Shown: positions 30,516 to 40,828 of the stretch, in pieces
Layout of the letters: every line of letters starts with the position of its first letter
Numbering within the stretch: position 1 is the stretch's first letter
Origin: an uncultured Acidimicrobiia bacterium
GTDB lineage: Bacteria > Actinomycetota > Acidimicrobiia > Spongiisociales > ZC4RG35
DNA length: 64,000 nt
Reading direction: 5' to 3'
NCBI GenBank assembly: GCA_963744905.1
Contig: CAVUUV010000006.1
Location: 129,077 to 193,076, forward strand
Notes under the pieces: model-generated
What the model saw: the letters and a program-made list of their open reading frames with translations, nothing else
Databases searched by the model: none
What the model was told of the DNA's origin: nothing
Made by a program: the position numbers and the translations under genes

Positions 30516-31937
30516 ATGATCGATTCTGGATTCGATGTGATCGTGCTGGGGGCCGGGCCCGCCGGGGAGAACGCCGCCGAGGTGGCCGCCCGCCACGGCC
30601 TAGAAGTGGCGATCGTGGAACGAGAATTGGTGGGAGGTGAGTGTTCGTACTGGGCGTGCATGCCCTCAAAGGCACTCTTACGTCCCGGGGATGTCGCCTA
30701 CATGGCGGACCACACACCCGGCTTCACCGGAGGGAACATCGATGTTGAGACGGCTCTTACCCGGCGCAATGCTCTCGCAGGCAACTGGAATGACGCCGGA
30801 CAGGTCGCCTGGCTGGAAGATGCCAATGTCCGACTGATCCGCGGACATTGCCGACTGGCGGGAGAAAGAATCGTGAGCGTCGAACACCCGGATGGCCGGG
30901 TCTCCCGGCATCAGGCAAGCCGCGCAGTGATTGTCGCCACCGGAAGCTCCTCAGCCATGCCACCGATCGAAGGGTTGGCAGAGACGGACGTCTGGGACAG
31001 TCGCGACGTGACGACCGCCAAAGAGATACCGCCAAGGCTACTCGTCATCGGAGGAGGGGTAGTGGGTGTCGAGATGGCCCAGGCATGGAAGACGCTGGGA
31101 AGCGCGGAGGTCACGCTGATCGAACTATTCGACTCACTCCTGGTTCGCGAGGAGCCGGCGGCGGGTGCGCAAGTCCGCCAGTCCTTCGAGGAGATGGGAA
31201 TCCGTGTAATGACCGGAGCGCGCACTCAACGGATAAGCCGCAGCCGGCCCGACGGGCCGGTTGCCGCCGACGTTCTTCTCGCGGACGGATCGAACGTGTG
31301 GGTGGAAGCCGATGAGGTCCTGATCGCAACCGGCCGTCGGCCCAACACCACAGACCTGGGCCTCGAGGCCGTCGGCCTCGAGCCCGGAGACTTCATCTCC
31401 GTGGACGACCACCTAGAGGCGGTCGATGTACCCGGAGGCTGGCTGTACGCGGTCGGAGACGTCAATGGACGCTCACTGCTGACTCACACCGGAAAGTACC
31501 AGGCCAGGATCGCGGGCTCCCACATCGCCGGAGTACCGACGAGCGCCTGGGGAGATCTGATGGCCACTCCACGAGTCGTGTTCACCAACCCCAAGGTGGC
31601 GGCTGTCGGGCTGACGGAGGCGGGTGCCAGGGAAGCCGGCATTCCGATTCGTACCGTCGAGTACGACATCGGCAGAGTCGCCGGCGCCGCCACCCTGGGT
31701 AAGGGTCATCACGGGACATCCAAGCTCGTCATAGACGTCGACCGGAACCTGATCGTGGGAGCCACCTTCATCGGGCCGACGGCAGGCGAGCTGCTCCACG
31801 CCGCCACGATCGCCATCGTGGGCGAAATCCCGCTCGATACCCTCTGGCACGCCATCCCCGCCTTCCCAATTCTGAGCGAAGTCTGGCTGCGCCTTCTCGA
31901 GACATACCGGGACACATACGACTACGAGTTCCGCTGA
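30516..31937 (+). CDS. FAD-dependent pyridine nucleotide-disulfide oxidoreductase (dihydrolipoyl dehydrogenase/mycothione reductase-like)
   Basis: DVIVLGAGPAGE FAD motif, redox-active GGECSYWACMPSK, second Rossmann LLVIGGGVVGVE. Confidence 0.85.
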   Translation: MIDSGFDVIVLGAGPAGENAAEVAARHGLEVAIVERELVGGECSYWACMPSKALLRPGDVAYMADHTPGFTGGNIDVETALTRRNALAGNWNDAGQVAWLEDANVRLIRGHCRLAGERIVSVEHPDGRVSRHQASRAVIVATGSSSAMPPIEGLAETDVWDSRDVTTAKEIPPRLLVIGGGVVGVEMAQAWKTLGSAEVTLIELFDSLLVREEPAAGAQVRQSFEEMGIRVMTGARTQRISRSRPDGPVAADVLLADGSNVWVEADEVLIATGRRPNTTDLGLEAVGLEPGDFISVDDHLEAVDVPGGWLYAVGDVNGRSLLTHTGKYQARIAGSHIAGVPTSAWGDLMATPRVVFTNPKVAAVGLTEAGAREAGIPIRTVEYDIGRVAGAATLGKGHHGTSKLVIDVDRNLIVGATFIGPTAGELLHAATIAIVGEIPLDTLWHAIPAFPILSEVWLRLLETYRDTYDYEFR

Positions 31938-32374
31938 GACGCCATGGCCTCAACCCAGGCCAGGAAGGAAAGATGAGCGGCGCAATGGCCCGAGGTTTGA
32001 TCCTGTTCGGGATCAGCGGAGGCCCGGCCAGGAAGACCCCATCCAGTGGGTAACCGGGGTCCGGGGCAGGCCGACGCCTTGCTCGGCCCTAACTGGTCCT
32101 CGGCGACGGTCTGAGGTATCTGCGGGGAGGGGCTTGGCCGCTTCGGACTCATCCGAGGACGATCCACACCCCGGTGTCCCATGGGCTCGCCGACGTGAGC
32201 GGCGTCTGCGAGCACCATCCGGATGCGACCACTCGAGCCTGGCAGGGGATGGTCGGGCCTGTACCGACCCCATTTCCAGGAAGATCCCAACCAGATTATC
32301 GGCATCCCGACAGAGGCTGGGAGGCGGGGAGACCGATGCGTTGCAGTGAGGGTGTCACACAGAAAGGAAAGTCG

Positions 32375-32881
32375 ATGACCTTCGAGTTCGTGCCCGCCCT
32401 GGCTGCCGGATTGGGAGCCACGGCCGCGATGTCGCTCACGATGATCGCCGCCGCCGCCATGCACCTCACCGACATGCCACCCATGCCACTGGTCCTGGGC
32501 AGCATGATGAGTGCCGATCCACACCGAGCCCGGCGTCTGGGTGCCATATTGCACTACATCGTCATGGGTACCGTCGTGTTCGGCCTGGCATACGCCGCCC
32601 TATTCGCTGCCTTCGGGTCGGCGTCGGTCGGAATCGGAGTTCTGATCGGCGCCATCCACGGCGTTATCTTCCTAGCTGCCATGCCAATGATCCCCGCCAT
32701 GCATCCACGCATGGACACGATGGCCACGGGCTCGGCGTTGATCTCTGAGGATGGAACGCTCGCTGTCCCGGCGCCGGGACCGTTCGGCGTCCGCTGGGGG
32801 GCGATGACACCGGTCGGGATCGTCGTCGGGCATGCCGTTTATGGGCTCGTGGCAGCCTTGATGTACACGGCTCTGATCTGA
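32375..32881 (+). CDS. integral membrane protein
   Basis: 168 aa from MTFEFVP. Hydrophobic and Met/His-rich. Confidence 0.55.
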   Translation: MTFEFVPALAAGLGATAAMSLTMIAAAAMHLTDMPPMPLVLGSMMSADPHRARRLGAILHYIVMGTVVFGLAYAALFAAFGSASVGIGVLIGAIHGVIFLAAMPMIPAMHPRMDTMATGSALISEDGTLAVPAPGPFGVRWGAMTPVGIVVGHAVYGLVAALMYTALI

Positions 32882-33144
32882 TCCGGACCCCGCCGGAGAC
32901 GAGGCGCCCGAGGATGTTGACCCTTCCCGACCGCCCTGCCCAATGCGCCGACCGGTCGAGGGTGCCCGTCGGTGCAGTATCGGGGGCGTGTCGGGAGCGG
33001 CAGAGGGGAATTCTCCTTGGGGGTTGAGGAAGCCCTCACCAGCGTCCGCGGATCCTGACCAATCTGTTCAAACAGATGGGGGTGGGAACCGACTTCGACC
33101 CGACCGTGCCTCCTTCAATTCTCAGATGGGATCCACTGGATGCC

Positions 33145-34956
33145 CTACTGCCTCGCCTCCGCCTCGGCAATGGACCATGCAGCGTTGACTAACCCGACAT
33201 GGCTGAAGGCCTGGGGGAAATTCCCGAGCAACTCTCCGGTGTGCGAGTCGACCTCCTCAGCCAACAAACCGACATCGTTGGCGTGCGAGGCCGCCCTCTC
33301 GAAGACTTCTCGCGCTCGGTCCACCCGATCCGCCATGGCAAGCGCCTCCGCCAGCCAGAAAGTACACAAAACGAACGTACCTTCCTCATCTTCGAAACCG
33401 TCGGCCGCCCGGTATCTGTAGATCAACCCTCGTTCGTCGGCCAGCCCCTGCTCAATTGCTTCGATCGTGGCCAGCACGCGGGCATCGTCCGCCGGAAGGA
33501 AACCCACCAGAGGAATAACGAGATTGGAGGCATCGAGGTCATCTGCTCCGAAAGCCTGGGTGAAGGCTCCGACCTCGTCACTCCAACCCCGCTCGAGAAT
33601 CGCTCTACTGACTTCGTCCCGAGACTGTTCCCAATCGGCTGCACGCTCTTCGGCTCCGAGTAGCGGCGCCAACCCGATGGCGCGATCCAGGGCGACCCAG
33701 CACATCAGCTTCGAGTAGAGATAATGGCGAGGTTCGCCCCGAATCTCCCATATGCCGTGGTCTCTCTGCGTCCAAACCCGAGCCGCGACATCGGCCAGGC
33801 CGGCGAGCAGGTCCCGCTCATCCCGATCGAGATCAGGGAACTGATCCCTCAGACGGTGGACGGCTGACAACAACTCGCCGTAGACGTCCAGTTGACGCTG
33901 CGCCCACGCTCCGTTGCCCACCCTGACCGGATTGCTGCCCCTCCAGCCTTCCAGCCAGGGCAGTGCCCGCTCGGACAGATCGCGTTCTCCGCGGATACCG
34001 AACATGATCTGGAGCTCCTGTCGCTCTCTAAACGAGCTGGCAGCCGTGGTCAGATACGAGAGAAATTGAGCGGCTTCGTCGGGGCATGCGGCCACCCAGA
34101 GAGCGTTCAAGGTGAAACTCGAGTCCCGAACCCACGAGTAGCGGTAGTCCCAGTTTCTCTTTCCGCCCACCGCCTCCGGCAGAGAGGCGGTAGGGGCCGC
34201 CACCACCGCGCCCGTGGGCTGATAGGTAAGACCCTGAAGCACCCGACCGCTATGAGTGACCGCATCCGCGTATGGGCCGTCGTAACTCTGATGGATTTCC
34301 TGCCACGACCGCCAAGCTAGAACCGTGTCCTCGATGTGACGGGCGATTCGGGAGTGGTCCCACCTGACCGGGAGTGCTTCCCAGCTCGATCCGGATGTCA
34401 CCGCGAAACACGCTTCCTCTCCGGCCACCAATCCGATCCTGCCCAGTCCGGTGCGCTTCTCGACCCGGAGCGAAATGGGGGCGGACAAGCAAAGCGTTGC
34501 TGCACCTCCCCGGGCGATCACTCCTCCCTCGACCGCATGAAGCAAGGGAAACGTGAGTCCGTACTCCGGCCGGGGCGCAAACTCGATATCCAGGTCCACC
34601 TCGCCCTCGGTACACCTCACAGCCCGCAGCAGAACATGAGGGGAATCCAGACCAAGGTCGTGACCACGCACTCCTTCCCGAAGAGCCAGGGCATCGGTCA
34701 TCTCGACAGCTCCCGTAGGTGTCACAAAGGTGGTAGTCAGGACGAGGGAGCCGCAGCGGTACCGTCGAGTCACCTCCACCATCTCGGGCGGTCTGATGGA
34801 GAAATGGCCCGCATTCTCGTCGAGAATCCGGGCAAAGACCGACGGGCTATCGAATCTGGGGAGACACCACCACTCGATCGAACCACGCCGATCGACGAGG
34901 GCCGCCGAGTGACAGTCGGAGAGCAAAGCGTGGTCTGAGATGGCTTGATTGCTCAT
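33145..34956 (-). CDS. glycoside hydrolase family 15 (glucoamylase/trehalase-like)
   Basis: N-terminus ISDHALLSDCHSAALVDRRGSIEWWCLPRFDSPSVFA, typical of bacterial GH15. Confidence 0.85.
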   Translation of the reverse strand: MSNQAISDHALLSDCHSAALVDRRGSIEWWCLPRFDSPSVFARILDENAGHFSIRPPEMVEVTRRYRCGSLVLTTTFVTPTGAVEMTDALALREGVRGHDLGLDSPHVLLRAVRCTEGEVDLDIEFAPRPEYGLTFPLLHAVEGGVIARGGAATLCLSAPISLRVEKRTGLGRIGLVAGEEACFAVTSGSSWEALPVRWDHSRIARHIEDTVLAWRSWQEIHQSYDGPYADAVTHSGRVLQGLTYQPTGAVVAAPTASLPEAVGGKRNWDYRYSWVRDSSFTLNALWVAACPDEAAQFLSYLTTAASSFRERQELQIMFGIRGERDLSERALPWLEGWRGSNPVRVGNGAWAQRQLDVYGELLSAVHRLRDQFPDLDRDERDLLAGLADVAARVWTQRDHGIWEIRGEPRHYLYSKLMCWVALDRAIGLAPLLGAEERAADWEQSRDEVSRAILERGWSDEVGAFTQAFGADDLDASNLVIPLVGFLPADDARVLATIEAIEQGLADERGLIYRYRAADGFEDEEGTFVLCTFWLAEALAMADRVDRAREVFERAASHANDVGLLAEEVDSHTGELLGNFPQAFSHVGLVNAAWSIAEAEARQ

Positions 34957-35220
34957 TGCGACATATTCTCGCCTCCCACGGCTCGCCCTTGTGCGCCACG
35001 GACCCCACCCACTCTCCTGGCATCGTCATGGCCGGCCTCGCAGTCGTCACAGAGGTTCTGATGCCGTCTCCGCCGACAGCCCGGCAAGACCACGCGTAGT
35101 GACGGTTGGGACCATCCCCTACAGCGACGAAGCTGTCGAAGGGGTCGTCGTCACAGCCCTGACTAACCGGCGTTCTCGCACCGGATCAAGATTGTCGCCT
35201 TTGCGACCCACCTTGCGTCT

Positions 35221-35910
35221 TCATCCCCGCTCACCGGCGGCGACTTCGGCGAGCTTCTCGGGGTCGACGACAGCGATCATCCGATAGCCGGTCTTGATCG
35301 CCCCCATCTCCCGAAGTGCGCCGATCGCCTCGTTGACGGTTTGTCGGCTCGACCCGAGCAGGGTGGCTATCGCGGCCTGGGACAACTCGACATCTGTGTG
35401 GTTCTTGCTCGACTCCTCCACAAGGAGATCCGCCACCTGGGCCAGCACCGTCTTATGCATCAGATGGACGATGCGTCGCTGCGTATTCTCTAGCTGCCGC
35501 AATCCGGCCACCAGCCACCGCAGACACAGCGCCGGGTGTTTGGCCAGCTCGGGGATCAAAGTCTCCCGTTCGAAGCGATACGCCTTCACCTGGCTGACGG
35601 CGCGCGCCGAGGATATGTAGGTACCTTCGCCGAACATGGCGATGTCCCCGATCACCGACCCGGGCCCTACCCGAGCAACGACCCTGCGCCGGCCGCTGTG
35701 AACACGATAGAGATCGACCTGGCCGCCACGGATCAGGTATGCGGCAACGGCCGGCTCTCCCTCCTTGAACAGATGCGAACCGGTGTACCGAGATACCGGC
35801 TCCGCCACATTCTTCAGTGCTTCGACATCATCCTCGGTGAGAGGCAGGTAATCGGGACGTCCGAACGAACGCGCCAGCCAGGCCAAATGCTGATCGTGGG
35901 CGGTATTCAT
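35221..35910 (-). CDS. Crp/Fnr family transcriptional regulator
   Basis: cNMP-binding beta-roll plus C-terminal HTH LSQAAIATLLGSSRQTVNEAI. Confidence 0.85.
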   Translation of the reverse strand: MNTAHDQHLAWLARSFGRPDYLPLTEDDVEALKNVAEPVSRYTGSHLFKEGEPAVAAYLIRGGQVDLYRVHSGRRRVVARVGPGSVIGDIAMFGEGTYISSARAVSQVKAYRFERETLIPELAKHPALCLRWLVAGLRQLENTQRRIVHLMHKTVLAQVADLLVEESSKNHTDVELSQAAIATLLGSSRQTVNEAIGALREMGAIKTGYRMIAVVDPEKLAEVAAGERG

Positions 35911-36379
35911 TCTCGAGACGTCCTCGGATCCGAGAAGACCTGCTGCATAAGTCTAACGGCCGCGGTTCACCCCAAGATGAGGTATCCCTCCCGACACGAC
36001 GTTCCACCTGACCCCCCCCCCGTTGCTGCCTGGCCTGCCCTCGATGAGCCGAGGCTGCGGCGAGCCGTCCCGCTCAGCCTCGTGGGCGGCGCGATCGCTC
36101 TCGCCTCCACCGGCCTCCTCTTCTCAGCCCTCTTGCTCCGAGGCCCGAGCCTCCTGTCCCGGGGCGGGGCGGGTCTCGTATCTGTAGTCCGAGCCGCGCT
36201 GGGGATGGTTTCAGGATCGGTCTCTGGTCGCGACGTTCAGGCGGGAACGCTGTGGCGGTGCCCCGGGTGATGGCGACGAACCCCCGGCTCCCGGCCGAAG
36301 CGAGTAACCCGGTCGATCGATATCCCACCGGAAGTGTCGCCCCTACGACAATGCCAGACGACGGCTCGCACAGGCGACG

Positions 36380-37606
36380 TTGAATGGCGGGATGCCTCTG
36401 CGGCTTGCTGGGTTCGTCATCGGTGTGGCGGTGTTGGCTACGGCCTGCGTCTCCGGTGGGCGCGAGACCCAGAGCAGCGAGTCGCCCAATCTCCTCGATG
36501 CCTCGGAGACGACCATCTCGTCTCCTCCGGCAACTCCGGATCCGGAAGGCAACTTCGCCTCAGCTCTCGATGACATGCGTGACCCTTCCTTTCCTCCACC
36601 CCTGGTCGATCCCGACGAGATCGTCAGCGGCGGTCCCCCGCCCGATGGCATACCTTCGATCGACCACCCTCAGTTTGTCTCGATCGAGGAGGCGGACGAG
36701 TGGTTGGGCACTTACGAGCCGGTCGTGTACCTGGAAATCAACGACGAAGTACATGCTTATCCGGTCCAGGTCCTGATCTGGCACGAGATCGTCAACGACA
36801 CCGTGGGGGGGATACCGGTGGCGGTCACCTACTGCCCCCTGTGCAACAGCGCGGTCAGCTACCGGCGCCAGGTCAACGGTCGGGTCACCACGTTCGGGAC
36901 GTCGGGACGACTCTACGCCTCAGCCCTGGTCATGTACGACCGGGCCACAGAGTCGTTGTGGACCCACTTCGACGGCCGGGCGGTCGTGGGAGCGCTCACC
37001 GGCCAGAAACTGGAGCTAATCCCGTCCCCGCTGCTCGGGTGGTCGGATTTCAAAGAGTCATTCCCGGACGGCGTCGTCCTCGATCGCAACGCCACGGGTT
37101 TCACGCGTCCCTACGGGGAGAACCCTTACGCCGGTTACGACAATCCGAGCACGCGACCTTTCCTATTCCGTGGGACGGTCGACGACCGCGCCGTCGCCAA
37201 ACAAAGGGTGGTGGGGGTAGCCCTAAACGGCGCGGCACGAGCCTGGACGCTGGAATCGCTCATGCAGGTGCCGGCTTCGGCCACCAATAGCCGGGTCGGC
37301 AACACCCCCATCGTGATCCTCTGGAAGGAGGGCCAGTCCAGCGCCCTCGAGTCCAAGCTCGTGGTGAGCGGCCGTGACGTGGGGTCGGTCGCGGTCTTCT
37401 CGCCGGTCGTAGACGGCGAGACCCTCACCTTCAGTTCTCGGGAAGGCAACTTCGTCGACGATCAGACCGGAACTCTTTGGGACATAACCGGGACAGCCGT
37501 TTCCGGTCAACTCGCCGGGATCTCGCTGGAGCAGATCCCCCACATGGACACGTTCTGGTTTGCCTGGTCCACGTATCAGCCCGACACCGATCTGATCAGC
37601 CAGTGA
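36380..37606 (+). CDS. DUF3179 domain lipoprotein
   Basis: Lipobox LATAC. PPPDGIPSIDHPQF ... WHEIVND ... YCPLCNS motifs. Confidence 0.75.
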   Translation: MNGGMPLRLAGFVIGVAVLATACVSGGRETQSSESPNLLDASETTISSPPATPDPEGNFASALDDMRDPSFPPPLVDPDEIVSGGPPPDGIPSIDHPQFVSIEEADEWLGTYEPVVYLEINDEVHAYPVQVLIWHEIVNDTVGGIPVAVTYCPLCNSAVSYRRQVNGRVTTFGTSGRLYASALVMYDRATESLWTHFDGRAVVGALTGQKLELIPSPLLGWSDFKESFPDGVVLDRNATGFTRPYGENPYAGYDNPSTRPFLFRGTVDDRAVAKQRVVGVALNGAARAWTLESLMQVPASATNSRVGNTPIVILWKEGQSSALESKLVVSGRDVGSVAVFSPVVDGETLTFSSREGNFVDDQTGTLWDITGTAVSGQLAGISLEQIPHMDTFWFAWSTYQPDTDLISQ

Positions 37607-38250
37607 ACTCGAAGGGCGGCGCCACGTATAGGTGCAGCGCGCGGGAGATAGTGGCACCATCCCTCGACCGATCGAGCATGAGAGCGGTATCCCGACAAGG
37701 GTGGAGACCATGTCAACCAAGGATTGGACACCATGTTCGTGATGGTGGTCCATCCAGCGTGGGCCTAACCCATCTGACACGGGTTGGCAAAGAACGCTGT
37801 GATCTTCGTTTTGAGGGGATAGGGCAACGAAGGAGATGCCCACTTCAATGTAGGACCGGACCAAGACGGGATTTGGCACCACGTTGATGGCTTCGATGAG
37901 GCCAACACCCACGCCTAGCCACCATCTAAATGGCAAAGGATGCGACCAAGTGCGCAAGCCGATGCCGAGACCCAGCACACGGGCAGCATCCTGACCGCCA
38001 TCGTCTTTCATGCGATCACCAACCTCGCCGCCGACGTCGACCCCAACCCGTGGAGCAGGCTGGTGGCGCTGCTCATCCGGGTTGGCAGCTGCAGTTGGTC
38101 TCGTGATCTACTGACAGCGCCGATCTGGCGAAGCGCTCTCGCCCATACGAACTAAGACGACAAACCGTGCGATTCTCCGAGGTCGCCTACCCGGCAGGTG
38201 AAGGCTCCACCCGTCCAACGGTGGGGAACTCCGGGAGTATGCCGTGAGAT

Positions 38251-39594
38251 TCAGCTCCCGGCGACGACGTAGGCCGTGCCGAAACCTGTCAGGAGATAAT
38301 CCCCCAGGCCGTCGTCGGTCACGTCACCCACCCCGAGTGCGTCTACGCCCAGGAACTCGAACGGGGTCGTGCTGGTGACGGTCCTGATGATGGATCCGTC
38401 GGCGCCCGAATAGACTCGTGCGATGCCCCCGGCCACGGCTCCCTCCGAAGACGTGTAGGCGCCTACCAGGAGATCGGGCGTGCCGTCACCGTCGACGTCG
38501 CCAATGCCGCGACCCGGACCGAGGCCTTCTCCGAACACCGCGCCTTCGATGAACAGGAGCTCTCGACCGGTGGCGCCGGAGAAGACGTAAGCTGCGCCGG
38601 TCCCGTTAACCGGTGGTGAGCTGAGGTCCTCGGGATGGCCAACCCGTCCGCCGATCCCGCGTCCCGCCCCGTAATCGCCGATGAAGATGTCGCCGACCCC
38701 GTCTCGGTCGTAATCACCGGCTCCGCGGGCAAAGAATCGCGCGAAGTTGACCGCGTCGGCTCGGGGACGGAGAGTGTGCAGAATCTCTCCGTCTACTCCC
38801 GACAACACGAAGGCCAGGCCTCTTCCAGACGAATTGGCGCTTCCCCCACTGCGACCCGTTGCGCCATACGCGCCCACCACGACGTCGGGTACCCCATCGC
38901 CGTTGACATCCCCAACCCCATCGGCCGCCGAGCCGAGAAGGTCCCATGCATGAGGGCCATCGATGGTCCAGATCTCATGAGAGTCGGCGCCGGAGTAGAG
39001 CGTCGCCCTTCCCGCGTGGTCGTTCGATGCGCTGGCGTTCTCGGAGCCAATGACGAGGTCGTCGTGGCCGTCACCGTCCACGTCTCCAACTCCGGCCACC
39101 GCTGTGCCCAGACGGGTCTGTGTGTCGGCGGCGAACTCGCGAATCACGGTGTGATCTTCGCCCGAGACCACGATGGCTCGACCGAAGGCGTCTGGAGTGA
39201 CCGGTCCAAGACCCGGCGCGCCGATCACATAGTCCGGCGTTCCATCTCCATCGACGTCCCCGGCGGTATCCATCGAGTAGCCGAGCAACTCTCCAGGTCG
39301 GCCTTTGACGGTGTCCAGGGTCGAACCGTCGGCTCCGGAGTAGATATAGGCCTTACCGGCCAGGGTGCCGCCCTCGGCGTCGGTGATGGCGGTCACGGCA
39401 TAGTCGGGGACACTGTCGGAGTCGAGATCGCCCAGCGCTGCGCCAACCCAGCCGTAATTGTCGGCAGGGTCGCCAACATGGGTGTGAACCACGTCGACGT
39501 CGGGTTCGAGGAACGTGCCGATGGCCATCGCCGTGCCCGGGAGGATGAGCGCGAAAGCGATCAGGGCGACCAAGGTCAAGTGTTTCCGGAACAA
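38251..39594 (-). CDS. secreted FG-GAP repeat protein
   Basis: Signal peptide. Repeated GDVDGDG(T/H/V)PD..(I/V)G(A/S) calcium-binding FG-GAP motifs. Confidence 0.85.
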   Translation of the reverse strand: MFRKHLTLVALIAFALILPGTAMAIGTFLEPDVDVVHTHVGDPADNYGWVGAALGDLDSDSVPDYAVTAITDAEGGTLAGKAYIYSGADGSTLDTVKGRPGELLGYSMDTAGDVDGDGTPDYVIGAPGLGPVTPDAFGRAIVVSGEDHTVIREFAADTQTRLGTAVAGVGDVDGDGHDDLVIGSENASASNDHAGRATLYSGADSHEIWTIDGPHAWDLLGSAADGVGDVNGDGVPDVVVGAYGATGRSGGSANSSGRGLAFVLSGVDGEILHTLRPRADAVNFARFFARGAGDYDRDGVGDIFIGDYGAGRGIGGRVGHPEDLSSPPVNGTGAAYVFSGATGRELLFIEGAVFGEGLGPGRGIGDVDGDGTPDLLVGAYTSSEGAVAGGIARVYSGADGSIIRTVTSTTPFEFLGVDALGVGDVTDDGLGDYLLTGFGTAYVVAGS

Positions 39595-39639
39595 ACCGAC
39601 TCCTTTAGCGACAGAGTCATGCTGAGCCGGGAATGGACC

Positions 39640-40497
39640 TCAGGCTGTAACGATCTTGCTCAAATCCGCTTGGTCCCGAAATTCGCTGGGGGTCATGCCG
39701 AATCGCTGACGGAAGACCTTGGTGAGATGACTGTGGCTGGCGAAGCCCAGGTCGAGTGCAATACGGGCGATGTCCCCGCATCCTCCCTCCAGCTCTCCCA
39801 GTGCTGCACGAAGTCGCAGATCGGTGATGTGACTGTGGATGGTCTCCCCGGTGACGGCGCGAAACAGTCGTGCCAGATGGAACCGAGAGGCTCCTATGGC
39901 CCGTCCCACATCCGCCAGGGACAATGGCGCACGGAAGTTCAGTGCCATGAACGCCTTGGCATCCTCGACCAGGTAGCGATGATCGGGTCTCGTCGTCTCC
40001 AACTCGGTTCCTGCTCGATTGGCAGAAGTTAGAACACGCTCTAGGAGCTGCAGCAGGGTTTCCTCGACGACGAGTGGGTCCGGGCCTGCCGGGGAGACGA
40101 CGTGGCGTAGCAGTACCCGCAGCAGCAGGTAGGCATCGGAGGGTACCGGGGCATGGGTCTGGCCCATAGGAGACCCGCCACCGGCGCCGTTGTCATGGAC
40201 CTGCCGGGCCACCTCCTCGGCGAGATCAGAGCCGACTTCGAACCAGTCGCACCTGTCGCCGGCGGGATCGACCGCCGTGCGGGAATACTCCTGAGAGCCC
40301 CTGTAGATGACGGCCACGTTGGGGTCCGCCACGATGGGCTCCTCACCTTCCTGGCGTATGCGAACGCAGGTCCTGGGGAAGGCAATGGTGGGGTTCTCGA
40401 TCCAGCCCCCGGGGAACTCCTTATCGGTGGGCCGACACAGCCAGGTGCCAATGGCGCTGTTCTCAGAGCGGTACAACTCGGTTGATGGGCCCGACAT
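39640..40497 (-). CDS. AraC family transcriptional regulator
   Basis: C-terminal double HTH: LADVGRAIGASRFHLARLFR ... IALDLGFASHSHLTKVFRQRFGMTPSEFR. Confidence 0.9.
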   Translation of the reverse strand: MSGPSTELYRSENSAIGTWLCRPTDKEFPGGWIENPTIAFPRTCVRIRQEGEEPIVADPNVAVIYRGSQEYSRTAVDPAGDRCDWFEVGSDLAEEVARQVHDNGAGGGSPMGQTHAPVPSDAYLLLRVLLRHVVSPAGPDPLVVEETLLQLLERVLTSANRAGTELETTRPDHRYLVEDAKAFMALNFRAPLSLADVGRAIGASRFHLARLFRAVTGETIHSHITDLRLRAALGELEGGCGDIARIALDLGFASHSHLTKVFRQRFGMTPSEFRDQADLSKIVTA

Positions 40498-40551
40498 CTC
40501 GTCGCCGGAGGTTAACCCAGGCTGGTTGACTCTACCGGCCTGGGCTGCCTA

Positions 40552-40713
40552 GGAGCCTGTTGGATAATGCCGTTGCTCGGATTGGCGGCCAGGCGCGCCA
40601 GCCGCAAGGCCGAGGTTTCGCCACTCCTTGTGCCGGAATGGCGGGGCCGAGAACGCAGTGGGTGGTGATGCATGGTCGTCAAGATGGGTGACATGCATTG
40701 TTCAACGGGCTCC
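40552..40713 (+). repeat. structured repeat element, copy 2 (MITE-like or ncRNA)
   Basis: About 96% identical to 5513-5677, with one 4-nt and one 1-nt indel. Flanked by TA on both sides. Confidence 0.7.
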
Positions 40714-40828
40714 TAGCGACCCGGGGGGACGTGGGAACTGGCGACTCGGCTTGGGCCTCGGCAGCCGCCCCGGGAGATATGAGACGGGAAGCGGGTAAAG
40801 GATCGGCAGGAACTTCCGATATGCCTTC

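Noticed and set aside
35979-36270. Possible small membrane ORF in the Crp-DUF3179 intergenic region
   Set aside because: The start is ambiguous, there is no RBS, it partly extends a shadow ORF, and the composition is not convincing.
37940-38155. 71-aa ORF resembling the C-terminal helix of a CPBP/Abi intramembrane protease (ILTAIVFHAITNL)
   Set aside because: No upstream EExxxR or FxxxH motifs could be found in any frame of 37620-37940. It is at best a small remnant, and the evidence is too weak to annotate.
38635-40032. 465-aa plus-strand ORF
   Set aside because: It lies antisense to the well-supported FG-GAP and AraC genes. The sequence is Arg/Gly/Val-rich and low-complexity, as is typical of shadow ORFs in high-GC DNA.
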